Virus record (IMG/VR): IMGVR_UViG_3300043775_002644
Location: 1 to 38,157 of that record
Strand: one strand, 5' to 3'
DNA length: 38,157 bases
Source: a virus
Lineage: Duplodnaviria; Caudoviricetes
Below, piece by piece: positions 1-7,952 of the stretch; positions within the stretch are counted from its first letter, which is position 1; every line of letters starts with the position of its first letter. Under the pieces are notes generated by a model. The model was not told where the DNA came from. It saw only the letters and a program-made list of their open reading frames with translations, and made no database searches. A program made the position numbers and the translations under genes.

Positions 1-174
1 AATAAAAAGGCCTTTAGGTATTGATAGTTTGTTTGATTCTAATTGTGATATTCTTTTCTCTAATTCAGATATTTTCTTTTCATCTGCTTTTACAATTGAA
101 GTTAAAAGTAAAGCAATTAAAAATATTATAATAACTGCAACATATTGTATTATCAATTTCTTATCTAATTTCAT
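1..174 (-). CDS. Partial secreted or outer-membrane protein (signal peptide plus coiled coil); runs off the left edge of the window
   Basis: Not in the ORF track. Read by hand from ATG at 174: MKLDKKLIIQYVAVIIIFLIALLLTSIVKA-DEKKISELEKRISQLESNKLSIPKGLFI..., open to the edge. Basic N-terminus, hydrophobic stretch, VKA/DE cleavage-like site, heptad coiled coil. ATAAATA lies 6 nt upstream. Confidence 0.75.
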   Translation of the reverse strand, partial: MKLDKKLIIQYVAVIIIFLIALLLTSIVKADEKKISELEKRISQLESNKLSIPKGLFI

Positions 175-175
175 A

Positions 176-859
176 TTAAGTATTTATCTTTGGAAAAAGA
201 TGGTCTTTATTGAAAGCTATTACATCTTCTTCTTTCAAACCTAAAGATAACATAACTCTAGGTGTATGTGGGTTTTGTTGTTGATATTCACAGTAGTAAT
301 TCTGTGCCTTTATAACATCTTCTTGTTTTGAGTCATTTTTGAAATTAACAATTTTATCTAAGTAGTTATGTAAATTACTTTCGGCCATTGTTGTGACTTG
401 GAACAATTCTTCTTCTGTTTGTATATTACCAGCCGCAATCATACCACCACTAAAGATGGCCTTTGCCCAATCTGGTAACTCTCTCTCTTTACTCGGTTTA
501 TACCATTTTGTTTCATTGATAAACCAATTCGTTAATGGGTGTTCTTTTTTAAGTAATGGTGAAAAATCGTGGAATGCACCTGTTACTTTATTCTTACCTG
601 CTATTACATCAAATCCATATATTGGGCCACCATTTGTAAGGCCAGGAAATAAACAAACGTGCATCATCCATAAACCTTTAGTATCTCTTGCATCAACCAC
701 GTCAACGTGTGCTCGTCTTATGTTGTCATTTTTCCAAGTACGATTGACCCAACCTTCTTTATTAAATCGTGTCATACCTTCCTCAAAGTATTCTACACAA
801 TTTAAATCTAATATGTCTATGATATTATTCTTGCACTGTATAAGATTTTCCCAAATCAT
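176..859 (-). CDS. pcyX: Ferredoxin-dependent bilin reductase, PcyX type (PcyA family)
   Basis: Motifs RRAHVD, WMMHVCLFP, PIYGFDVIAG, GAFHDFSP, RELPDWAKAIFS and QNYYCEYQQQNPHT. D53/M65/H67/D84 have the spacing I recall for PcyX D55/M67/H69/D86, with Asp where PcyA has Glu76. Adjacent to a heme oxygenase. Confidence 0.9.
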   Translation of the reverse strand: MIWENLIQCKNNIIDILDLNCVEYFEEGMTRFNKEGWVNRTWKNDNIRRAHVDVVDARDTKGLWMMHVCLFPGLTNGGPIYGFDVIAGKNKVTGAFHDFSPLLKKEHPLTNWFINETKWYKPSKERELPDWAKAIFSGGMIAAGNIQTEEELFQVTTMAESNLHNYLDKIVNFKNDSKQEDVIKAQNYYCEYQQQNPHTPRVMLSLGLKEEDVIAFNKDHLFPKINT

Positions 860-1403
860 TCATTTCCTTAAATAGTTCTGTAGCATATTCAAAACATAAT
901 TTAGCTTCAGCGACCACGTTTACTTGATACGTGTTCATATATTGATTTATTAATTCTCTTACAACTCTTTTTGTTTCTTCAGGTTTTAAAAAAACAAGAT
1001 ATGTATTAGGGCCAGGTGTTTTTCTTTTAATCATTTGTCCTCCATATAAATCTCCCATATGTCTTACATAGATATGTGCATATAATTTTTCAGCATCACT
1101 TTTAATTGTATCTAAGTGATAAACGTATCTTAAAGTGCTATCTGTGATGTGTGGTTTATTCGGTTGATTCCATAGTGAACGAAAGTCGTGGTCTATTTTT
1201 TGCGCTCTGTCAAGGCCAGGTGTTTGTCTAAACAGGCCGTTTTCAAAAGCATATTTCTCTAGTGTTGAATAACACTGTAATAGATTAAACAAATATGTGG
1301 CATAAAGGTCTGGTGGTATTTGGCCAGACATAAGAGTTTGCACAAAAGGTTCTTCTTCAGCTTTTTTATGTTCTTCTAAAGTTAATTCTTTAATATTTAA
1401 CAT
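825..1403 (-). CDS. hemO: Heme oxygenase (phage HemO/Ho1 type)
   Basis: Proximal His in LTLEEHKKAE; distal-helix signature HIYVRHMGDLYGGQMI; C-terminal EAKLCFEYA. Overlaps the bilin reductase by 35 nt. Confidence 0.93.
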   Translation of the reverse strand: MLNIKELTLEEHKKAEEEPFVQTLMSGQIPPDLYATYLFNLLQCYSTLEKYAFENGLFRQTPGLDRAQKIDHDFRSLWNQPNKPHITDSTLRYVYHLDTIKSDAEKLYAHIYVRHMGDLYGGQMIKRKTPGPNTYLVFLKPEETKRVVRELINQYMNTYQVNVVAEAKLCFEYATELFKEMNDLGKSYTVQE

Positions 1404-1405
1404 AA

Positions 1406-2047
1406 TTAACTGACAGAAGGAATTCCCAGTAAAGGTCTTCCATCATTTTCTATAGAATATGGTCCGTTTTTTTCATTCCAATGAAAAAACACTTGAGCAT
1501 TATTTAATCCTATAAATTCATCTCTCCAATGTTCTATTTCGCATCCTCTATAAATCATAGCATCTCCTGGCTCTAAATGAATCGGTATATCTTTACCATT
1601 GCTTGAAACAAATATTGGCCATTGATAGTTAGGATAAATTTGTGTATCAATATTTGATAAATTTGCTCCTAAGTTTAAGGTTGCAGAAATTTCACAACTA
1701 GGTCTATCTTTATGTTTTTCTAATATACTGCCTTTTTCATATAATCTCCAATAAGAATAATTAGGTAGTAATTTTAATCCAGTGTATTCCTCTGCTTTAT
1801 AAGTTAGCAATTTTAAAGTTGAATCCATTAAAATGTCGCCGTATTTACTAAAAACATTTGTAGCCTGAGTGTCTGTAAATTTTCCATCCCATTTTTCATC
1901 ATATGAATTTTTAAAATTTGTTATTTTATAATCTATTGATTGAACCTGCATTTTACAATATTCATAATATAATGGTACAGTGTCAGTAGGAATAAAATTT
2001 CTTATTACTATATATTTGTTTTCTTTAAAATATTCTATAGATGTCAT
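1406..2047 (-). CDS. 2OG-Fe(II) oxygenase family protein
   Basis: YSYWRLY..GSILEKHKDRPSCEISATL (HxD) ... L.PGDAMIYRGCEIEHWR (distal His); a type common in aquatic phages. Confidence 0.85.
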   Translation of the reverse strand: MTSIEYFKENKYIVIRNFIPTDTVPLYYEYCKMQVQSIDYKITNFKNSYDEKWDGKFTDTQATNVFSKYGDILMDSTLKLLTYKAEEYTGLKLLPNYSYWRLYEKGSILEKHKDRPSCEISATLNLGANLSNIDTQIYPNYQWPIFVSSNGKDIPIHLEPGDAMIYRGCEIEHWRDEFIGLNNAQVFFHWNEKNGPYSIENDGRPLLGIPSVS

Positions 2048-2811
2048 TTAAAAGGCTTTCCAGAACACCATAGTACTAAACTATATCGTGTCCCTTTTGT
2101 TACAGGAGTTACACAGTGATATGAATAAGAAGGAAAAACAATAATAGAACCTTGTTGTCTACTTTCAACACATTCATAAAATCTATCTCCTTCAAAATGA
2201 TTTCCAAAATCAAATTTTAAATTTCCTCCTTCATAACTTAAAGGATTTGTTAAATTTATAGTTACACTTATTTTTCTTAATTTGCCTACTAAATTATTAT
2301 CTTTTGTATATCCAAAAGGTAAGTGTCCATCTTTTCTTAAAGGAACTTCAGTTATTCCATAAATATATCTTTTGTATGAAGCGTGATGATCTGTTGACAT
2401 ATCATTGTGCCAACCATAAAAACCTCCTGGTGAATTATAAACAGTAAATTGAAAATTCTCAAAATAATCTATATCATATTTCCAACCTGAATTTTTATTA
2501 GCTGTTCTAACATAAGGTAAAATAGTATCATATAACCATTTATCATTTAACCAGGATACTTCACTATCTCTTATATATACATCTTCTATATTATTTTTAT
2601 CTTGCGTATTTTTTAATTGTTGAATAGAAAGTTCGCCTTGAGAAACTTTTTTGTCATCAGATTTTTCTTTATTACCAAAAGTATAAGCAACAGAAGAAAT
2701 TCCAAGTTTTTTATTTTTTTCAATTGAAGATGTTCCTAATTTAATTATTTCATCACATACTTCAGGTGATAACTGAGAATTAAAACACCAATATTTATTT
2801 GTTGTAATCAT
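2044..2811 (-). CDS. 2OG-Fe(II) oxygenase, prolyl-4-hydroxylase-like
   Basis: QFTVY..GGFYGWHND (HxD), RKISVTINL, YEGGNL, GSIIVFPSYSYHCVTPVTKGTRYSLVLW (distal His, 2OG-binding RxS). Confidence 0.9.
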   Translation of the reverse strand: MITTNKYWCFNSQLSPEVCDEIIKLGTSSIEKNKKLGISSVAYTFGNKEKSDDKKVSQGELSIQQLKNTQDKNNIEDVYIRDSEVSWLNDKWLYDTILPYVRTANKNSGWKYDIDYFENFQFTVYNSPGGFYGWHNDMSTDHHASYKRYIYGITEVPLRKDGHLPFGYTKDNNLVGKLRKISVTINLTNPLSYEGGNLKFDFGNHFEGDRFYECVESRQQGSIIVFPSYSYHCVTPVTKGTRYSLVLWCSGKPFK

Positions 2812-2820
2812 AATAATAAT

Positions 2821-2828
2821 TATTTATA
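2821..2828 (-). promoter_or_regulatory. T4-type late promoter TATAAATA
   Basis: Exact TATAAATA on the minus strand, 9 nt upstream of the ATG at 2811. Confidence 0.75.
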
Positions 2829-2842
2829 ACACTTTTTTTAAA

Positions 2843-4375
2843 CTAATCTTTATAAATATTTTCTTTTAAAAAATCGTGTAAACTAGGTTTATCCTTTATA
2901 GCGTTTTTCCAAATTTCTTTTTTTTCGTTTAATTTTTCAATACATTGTTTTTCAAAATTTCTTAAATCATTCAAATCTCTATAACTATTTAACCAATCTA
3001 TTGTTGTTTTTTCTGTAGGACCCCAATGCATACCAGCAGATATACAATGCAATCCTTCGTTAGGATTAAATTGGAAATCGTGTGTTCTACATAAAGCAGC
3101 GTGTACAAATCCTGTAACCAATGTTTTTTTCAAATCAATCAAATCTTTTGACCACTCTTTATTTAAATTTGATTTCCAGTATTCAGTATCATCTCTATGA
3201 GATAGTGCATAATGTAAAGCAACAAATTCAGCAAAGTTTCTAAACATTATTTTACAATCATAATTAAAATTATCTCTATCCCATTGAGAAATATTATCTC
3301 TATTTAAATTTCTTATTAATTTTAATAAAAATTCGTGTACTGTAAATAGGCCGTTACTTTCAAGTGGTTCTATAAAACCAGCTGCCAGTCCTATAGCAAC
3401 AACATTTTTAACCCACAATCTTTTATGTATGCCTACACGCATTTTAATTTTTTTAAATTCCAATTCGTCAGTTTTTAAATGTTTTTGAAATTCTTTTAAT
3501 GCGTCATCATCGGAAACAAATTTGTCAGAATAAACATAACCTGTTCCTATTCTACTCCACAATGGTATATTCCAAACCCATCCGTTTTGAATAGCTGTAC
3601 AATTTGTGTAACCAACCAATTCTTCTTTTTTATTTTTATAATTTATTCTTGTAGCCCAAGCAGAATTATTAGGTAACATATCTGCATAAGATTCAAAAGG
3701 TTCTTTTAAAGTTTTATCTAATAACAAAGATTTAAATCCAGTACAATCAACAAACAAGTCTGCTTTTAAATGATTATTTACCGACACGATACCTTCTTCA
3801 CCAAGTTCAACTGTATTAACTTCTTCTTTTAAATGTTTTACTCCTCTAGGCAAACAATATTTGTCTTTTAACCATAAAGCAAATTTTGTTGCATCAAAAT
3901 GAAATGCTGTATCTTTTTTAAATAAAAAAGGAATTTCATTTTTTTCATTATAAAAACATTTGTTTTCATTTACTAAAGCCATTTGAGGAAAATAAGAAGT
4001 TGCATAATCACTATATGGAGTTTCTGAATAATTAAATTTTTTCCACCACCAATCGTTTAATCCAGAACTACAATCAGTAATATCTGGTCGCCCAAAAGGA
4101 TAGTGAAAGGCCTCTCCTTTTTTGTAAAAATCGGTAAATTTAATACTTAATTTATAACTACCATCTGTGTATTTTAAAAATTCTTTATCGTCTATACCCA
4201 ACCAATTTGTCCAAAGTCTTATACCACCTATAGTACTTTCTCCTACTCCTACTGTAGAAATATTAGGAGACTCTATTAGGGTTATATCTAAATTTGGAAA
4301 TTGTTTAATAAGAGTAGCTGCAGTCATCCAACCAGCCGAGCCGCCACCCACAATCATAATTTTTTTAAGTTTCAT
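2843..4375 (-). CDS. prnA: Flavin-dependent halogenase, tryptophan halogenase (PrnA/RebH/VirX1-like) family
   Basis: GGGSAGW FAD motif, VGVGEST, candidate catalytic Lys in SYKLSIKF, FHFDA, FVDCTGF, WVWNIP (WxWxIP), GFIEPLESNG. Confidence 0.92.
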   Translation of the reverse strand: MKLKKIMIVGGGSAGWMTAATLIKQFPNLDITLIESPNISTVGVGESTIGGIRLWTNWLGIDDKEFLKYTDGSYKLSIKFTDFYKKGEAFHYPFGRPDITDCSSGLNDWWWKKFNYSETPYSDYATSYFPQMALVNENKCFYNEKNEIPFLFKKDTAFHFDATKFALWLKDKYCLPRGVKHLKEEVNTVELGEEGIVSVNNHLKADLFVDCTGFKSLLLDKTLKEPFESYADMLPNNSAWATRINYKNKKEELVGYTNCTAIQNGWVWNIPLWSRIGTGYVYSDKFVSDDDALKEFQKHLKTDELEFKKIKMRVGIHKRLWVKNVVAIGLAAGFIEPLESNGLFTVHEFLLKLIRNLNRDNISQWDRDNFNYDCKIMFRNFAEFVALHYALSHRDDTEYWKSNLNKEWSKDLIDLKKTLVTGFVHAALCRTHDFQFNPNEGLHCISAGMHWGPTEKTTIDWLNSYRDLNDLRNFEKQCIEKLNEKKEIWKNAIKDKPSLHDFLKENIYKD

Positions 4376-4379
4376 AATA

Positions 4380-4859
4380 TTAAAAATAATTTAAATTAAT
4401 AACAATTCTTTGTTTTGTATCAGTTTGAGATACAGCTCTATGTTTTATTTGAGAATTAAAAATAACTATTTTATTTTCTTCGCAATTTACTATTGATTTT
4501 TTTTCATCAAAAAATTCCGTGTATCCATTACAACTGTTTATATAAAATATAGCAGTATTACACTCATAACTATAATCAGTATGAAATTCTGAAAACTTTG
4601 CTTTTTCTTTTTTTATTAAAAGATTAGCTCTAACCTGAATTAAAGATTTACATTTTAATTTTTCTACAATAGGTTTAATCAAATCAAATCTATGTGAAGA
4701 TATTTCATATTTGTTATAAAAACAATGGTCAAAATATTCGTCATCAGTATCCAAAGGTGTTTGACTATTGTGATAGTGCCATTCTAAATCCTGACCCATT
4801 AATTGTTTTTTCAAGTCAAAAAAAATAGAATTATCTAAAAAATTTTTTATAGTTTTCAT
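4380..4859 (-). CDS. Small 2OG-Fe(II) oxygenase
   Basis: FHTD (HxD), TAIFYINSCNGYTEF, ENKIVIFNSQIKHRA (distal His), RIVINLNY. Confidence 0.85.
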   Translation of the reverse strand: MKTIKNFLDNSIFFDLKKQLMGQDLEWHYHNSQTPLDTDDEYFDHCFYNKYEISSHRFDLIKPIVEKLKCKSLIQVRANLLIKKEKAKFSEFHTDYSYECNTAIFYINSCNGYTEFFDEKKSIVNCEENKIVIFNSQIKHRAVSQTDTKQRIVINLNYF

Positions 4860-4863
4860 ACCA

Positions 4864-5484
4864 TCATTTTGTTAAAAATTTTATATTTCCTGATATTGAA
4901 ATTCTAGTACCATCACTTGAATAAAAAGGATACACACAATGAGTTAAATTTGAAGGAAACATTATTAAATAACCTTCAATTTCTTTTGTAGCCTTTATAG
5001 GCGTTGTTGATATATTACCTAAAATGTTTGCATAAGTAAACTCAAAGGAATAAAGACTTTGATGATCTTTTAATTTTTTATAATTAATTTCTTCTTGCTC
5101 ATCATAAGGAATTTTCATCCACAAACTATAACTTATTACACCATCGTGAAAATGATTAGGTAAAAATTCATTTTTTTTTTGTAAATTAATCCAAGGGGTA
5201 TCAATAGTTAAATAACAATCTCTATCTAAGTGTTTAATAGTTTTTAAATATCCAGACTGTTTTTCGTACCGTAAGGTAACAGACGATATGTATTCTTTGA
5301 ATTGATTTAAATTTTTTTCTAAAACGTAATGATTTGGTACACCAGAAGAAGTTAAACCCGTAATTCTACGTTCATTATTTTCACAATGCAAACATTCATC
5401 TAACAAATCTAAATACAGATTGTCAGGTATTTTTGTTTTTAAAATGCCTATATTTGGCAGAGTTATATATTCGTCAGTACTCAT
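4864..5484 (-). CDS. Putative 2OG-Fe(II) oxygenase (TIGR02466/2OG-FeII_Oxy_5-like)
   Basis: WINLQKKNEFLPNHFHDG (HxH), EGYLIMFPSNLTHCVYPF, RISISGNI. Confidence 0.85.
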   Translation of the reverse strand: MSTDEYITLPNIGILKTKIPDNLYLDLLDECLHCENNERRITGLTSSGVPNHYVLEKNLNQFKEYISSVTLRYEKQSGYLKTIKHLDRDCYLTIDTPWINLQKKNEFLPNHFHDGVISYSLWMKIPYDEQEEINYKKLKDHQSLYSFEFTYANILGNISTTPIKATKEIEGYLIMFPSNLTHCVYPFYSSDGTRISISGNIKFLTK

Positions 5485-5514
5485 AATATTATCACGTATA
5501 CTTATATTAAAAAT

Positions 5515-5961
5515 TTAATCGGTATTTTTTATTTTTAAAGCCTCGGGATTATCTATAAAAAATTGTTTTACATCAAATAATATTTTTCTATAAACTTTTT
5601 CGTATTGTCTTATATCAGCAACAAAACTTACAATCGGATATTTTACTAACATACCATTTTCAACTTCAGTAACATAACCTTGTAATGCACAGTACGTTCC
5701 TTCTTTTTCAATAATTTGAACAAAAGGATTATCTTCTTTTTTAATATTTTTTTCACCTAACAATTTAAATCGTGTTTTGATAGTTTGTTCAAATAATAAT
5801 TTATCACCGTTAACCTCATTAAATGTTTCTAAAATATTATTTGCAACTTTTTTATGTTCGTCACACAAATCATCAAAATTATAAAGATTTTCGTCAGAAC
5901 CTTTTAATTTAAAATTTTTCTGTTTTTTTTTAAGATATTCTTTGTTTTTTTCACTAGACAT
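5515..5961 (-). CDS. Hypothetical protein
   Basis: 148-aa ORF in operon orientation with AGGT SD-like sequence and a late promoter upstream; no motif recognised. Confidence 0.7.
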   Translation of the reverse strand: MSSEKNKEYLKKKQKNFKLKGSDENLYNFDDLCDEHKKVANNILETFNEVNGDKLLFEQTIKTRFKLLGEKNIKKEDNPFVQIIEKEGTYCALQGYVTEVENGMLVKYPIVSFVADIRQYEKVYRKILFDVKQFFIDNPEALKIKNTD

Positions 5962-5981
5962 AATTTACCTTTTTAACGTTA

Positions 5982-5989
5982 TATTTATA
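5982..5989 (-). promoter_or_regulatory. T4-type late promoter TATAAATA
   Basis: Exact motif 20 nt upstream of the ATG at 5961, overlapping the stop codon of the preceding gene. Confidence 0.7.
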
Positions 5990-6281
5990 TACAATTGGAA
6001 AAATTAAATGACCCTATGACAGTATTTAATTTTTGTTTTTCCTCATCAGTTAGTCTATGTTTACCAACCATTTCTTTTTCTTTCCAAAAATAATGTTCCT
6101 CAATTGTTTTTTCAATAATATTAATCATTTCCTCTCTATTACTATCATTATAACTTATCTTAGTAGGAAATCCTACAGTTACTAACAACGCATCAAATTC
6201 ATACACGTTTATTTGTGTACTTATAGACAATTCGTTTGTTACCTTATTACGAGGACGAACTATTGAAAAAGATTTTGCCAT
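5985..6281 (-). CDS. Hypothetical protein (possible adhesin accessory or chaperone, by position only)
   Basis: 98-aa ORF starting 5 nt after the stop of the glycine-rich adhesin. Confidence 0.65.
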   Translation of the reverse strand: MAKSFSIVRPRNKVTNELSISTQINVYEFDALLVTVGFPTKISYNDSNREEMINIIEKTIEEHYFWKEKEMVGKHRLTDEEKQKLNTVIGSFNFSNCI

Positions 6282-6286
6282 ATTTT

Positions 6287-7927
6287 TTAATACCTTATAA
6301 TAACTATACCAGAGCCGCCACTACCACCATTATTATCAGGATAATGTCCGCCGCCTCCACCGCCGCCCCTATTATTTGTTCCAGGTGTACCTGATGTACC
6401 AGAATTAGATGCACCACCCCCGCCAGTTCCTCCTGGGACAGGTCCTATATTATATCCACCACCGTGTGATGAACCAGCACCACCTCCTCCATAAACTAAT
6501 GAAGAGCCAGAAATTGTGCTTGTCAGGCCATTTCCTCCAAATCTACCTGCTTGTTGATTGGATCTCGTGTTTCCTGGACCATTTTGTGTTGGATGGCCGC
6601 CTGCTGCTCCAGCTCCTCCGCCTCCGCCTCCTGAATGTTGTCCAGCACCCGTGGTGCCATTATTTCCTCCGGGGTTACAACCTCCCATAGCACCTGGAAA
6701 ACCGTAATTTGTAGCTCCAGGATTTGAAGTACTAGGTTGTGTGGCTAATCCTCCTAAATTAGAACCTGTGCCTCCACCTCCTGAACCACCAGGACTGTTT
6801 GGCCAAGTAGGTCCACTAGGTTGAAAGATCCATCCTGATGTTGAACCTCCACCTTTTGCTGTTAATGTACCAAATGTAGTATCACCACCTCTTCCATCCC
6901 AAGGACTTTGACTAGCATAACCACCTCCAGGAGCAGCTGGTCCTCCTGTTCCCACTGAGCCTGGAACTGTACCGCCAGGAGTTACGGGAAATGAAGTGTG
7001 TGTAACTACACCACCGCCACCACCACCGCCTCCTATCCAAGCAGCACCTCCACCACCAGCAACAAGAAGTGCCGATACGGCCGTTATTCCTGATGGTACG
7101 GTAAATGTAAAAGCTCCTGTTGAAGTGTATGAAGTAACTACTGGAGCATTTACTGTAATAGTGAATTGTCTTGTAGATGTAGATGCTGCTGTTGAAGCTG
7201 AAACTGTAAATGTTGATGTTGTGTTTGAAACTACTTCTGTTGCTGTACCTGTAATTGCAGCTGTAGATGAGTTTAAAGATAATCCTGCTGGTAAAGAACC
7301 GGATGAAATCGAATATGTAATTGTGTCGCCGTCGGCGTCTGTTGCAGCTGCACTTGATAATGTATAAGAAGAACGAGCAGCATCACCTATAGTACCTAAT
7401 GAACCGGCCGAAGTTATAAAAGCAGGAGCAGATTGGTCAGCAGAAATACCAGCTATAAGCTCAGCCGAGAGACCTGAACCATTTGTTACTTTAACTGTAT
7501 AAGGACTATTCGCATCATCAAAAGAAGAAGCGGGAAGTACGCAAGTAAATAAACCACTATTATTTCTTGTTTGAGTAGCCGGCGTTAAAGTTTCACTTGT
7601 TCCTATGAATGTAACGTTTCCACCGATTGTATCAAACAAACTGCCTTTTACCTGAATTGTGACATTTCCTGATGATTCGTTATTAACTTGTCCAGAAGTT
7701 GTATCAGCACCACCATCAACTGTGACAAAAGTAATTGTTGGTGGAGCATCAATTGATTTCCATTCTGTACCTGTGTAATATTCCATTAAAGCTGTAGATG
7801 AATTAAATCTTAAAGTACCGCCACCAAAAGAAGTATCTCTTTCAGCTGTTGTGCCTGGCGATATTTTTTCACCAATAGTACCAGTGAATTTTCGGTTTTT
7901 TCCTGTAAAATCTCTTAAATCTGCCAT
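6287..7927 (-). CDS. Tail-fibre tip or adhesin: N-terminal docking motif, Ig-like domains and glycine-rich C-terminal domain
   Basis: N-terminal GTTAER..GTLRFNSS..EYYTGTEW; Ig/cadherin-like ATDADGDTITYSISSGSLPAGLSLNSSTAAITGT; polyglycine domain (LLVAGGGG, GGGGGGGVV ... GGSGGSGIVIIRY) resembling gp38-type adhesins. Confidence 0.85.
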   Translation of the reverse strand: MADLRDFTGKNRKFTGTIGEKISPGTTAERDTSFGGGTLRFNSSTALMEYYTGTEWKSIDAPPTITFVTVDGGADTTSGQVNNESSGNVTIQVKGSLFDTIGGNVTFIGTSETLTPATQTRNNSGLFTCVLPASSFDDANSPYTVKVTNGSGLSAELIAGISADQSAPAFITSAGSLGTIGDAARSSYTLSSAAATDADGDTITYSISSGSLPAGLSLNSSTAAITGTATEVVSNTTSTFTVSASTAASTSTRQFTITVNAPVVTSYTSTGAFTFTVPSGITAVSALLVAGGGGAAWIGGGGGGGGVVTHTSFPVTPGGTVPGSVGTGGPAAPGGGYASQSPWDGRGGDTTFGTLTAKGGGSTSGWIFQPSGPTWPNSPGGSGGGGTGSNLGGLATQPSTSNPGATNYGFPGAMGGCNPGGNNGTTGAGQHSGGGGGGAGAAGGHPTQNGPGNTRSNQQAGRFGGNGLTSTISGSSLVYGGGGAGSSHGGGYNIGPVPGGTGGGGASNSGTSGTPGTNNRGGGGGGGHYPDNNGGSGGSGIVIIRY

Positions 7928-7944
7928 AGTTTAATTCTCTCTTT

Positions 7945-7952
7945 TATTTATA
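7945..7952 (-). promoter_or_regulatory. T4-type late promoter TATAAATA
   Basis: Exact motif 17 nt upstream of the ATG at 7927, followed by a GAGAG SD-like sequence. Confidence 0.8.

Noticed and set aside
176-859. Calling the reductase pcyA or pebS, implying a cyanophage
   Set aside because: It keeps the His/Asp pair, unlike PebS, but has Asp at the position of PcyA Glu76, which fits PcyX. No photosynthesis genes are in the window.
393-875. 160-aa plus-strand ORF, and the 29..244 ORF
   Set aside because: Antisense shadows of pcyX and of the minus-strand secreted-protein gene; no motifs and non-ATG starts.
5171-5180. T10 run (A10 on the coding strand) as a phase-variation or slippage site
   Set aside because: The frame is intact (QKKN), and long A runs are common in these Lys/Asn-rich, AT-rich genes.
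6409-7367. Plus-strand His/Leu-rich and poly-Pro ORFs
   Set aside because: Mirror images of the GGN codon runs in the glycine-rich adhesin.
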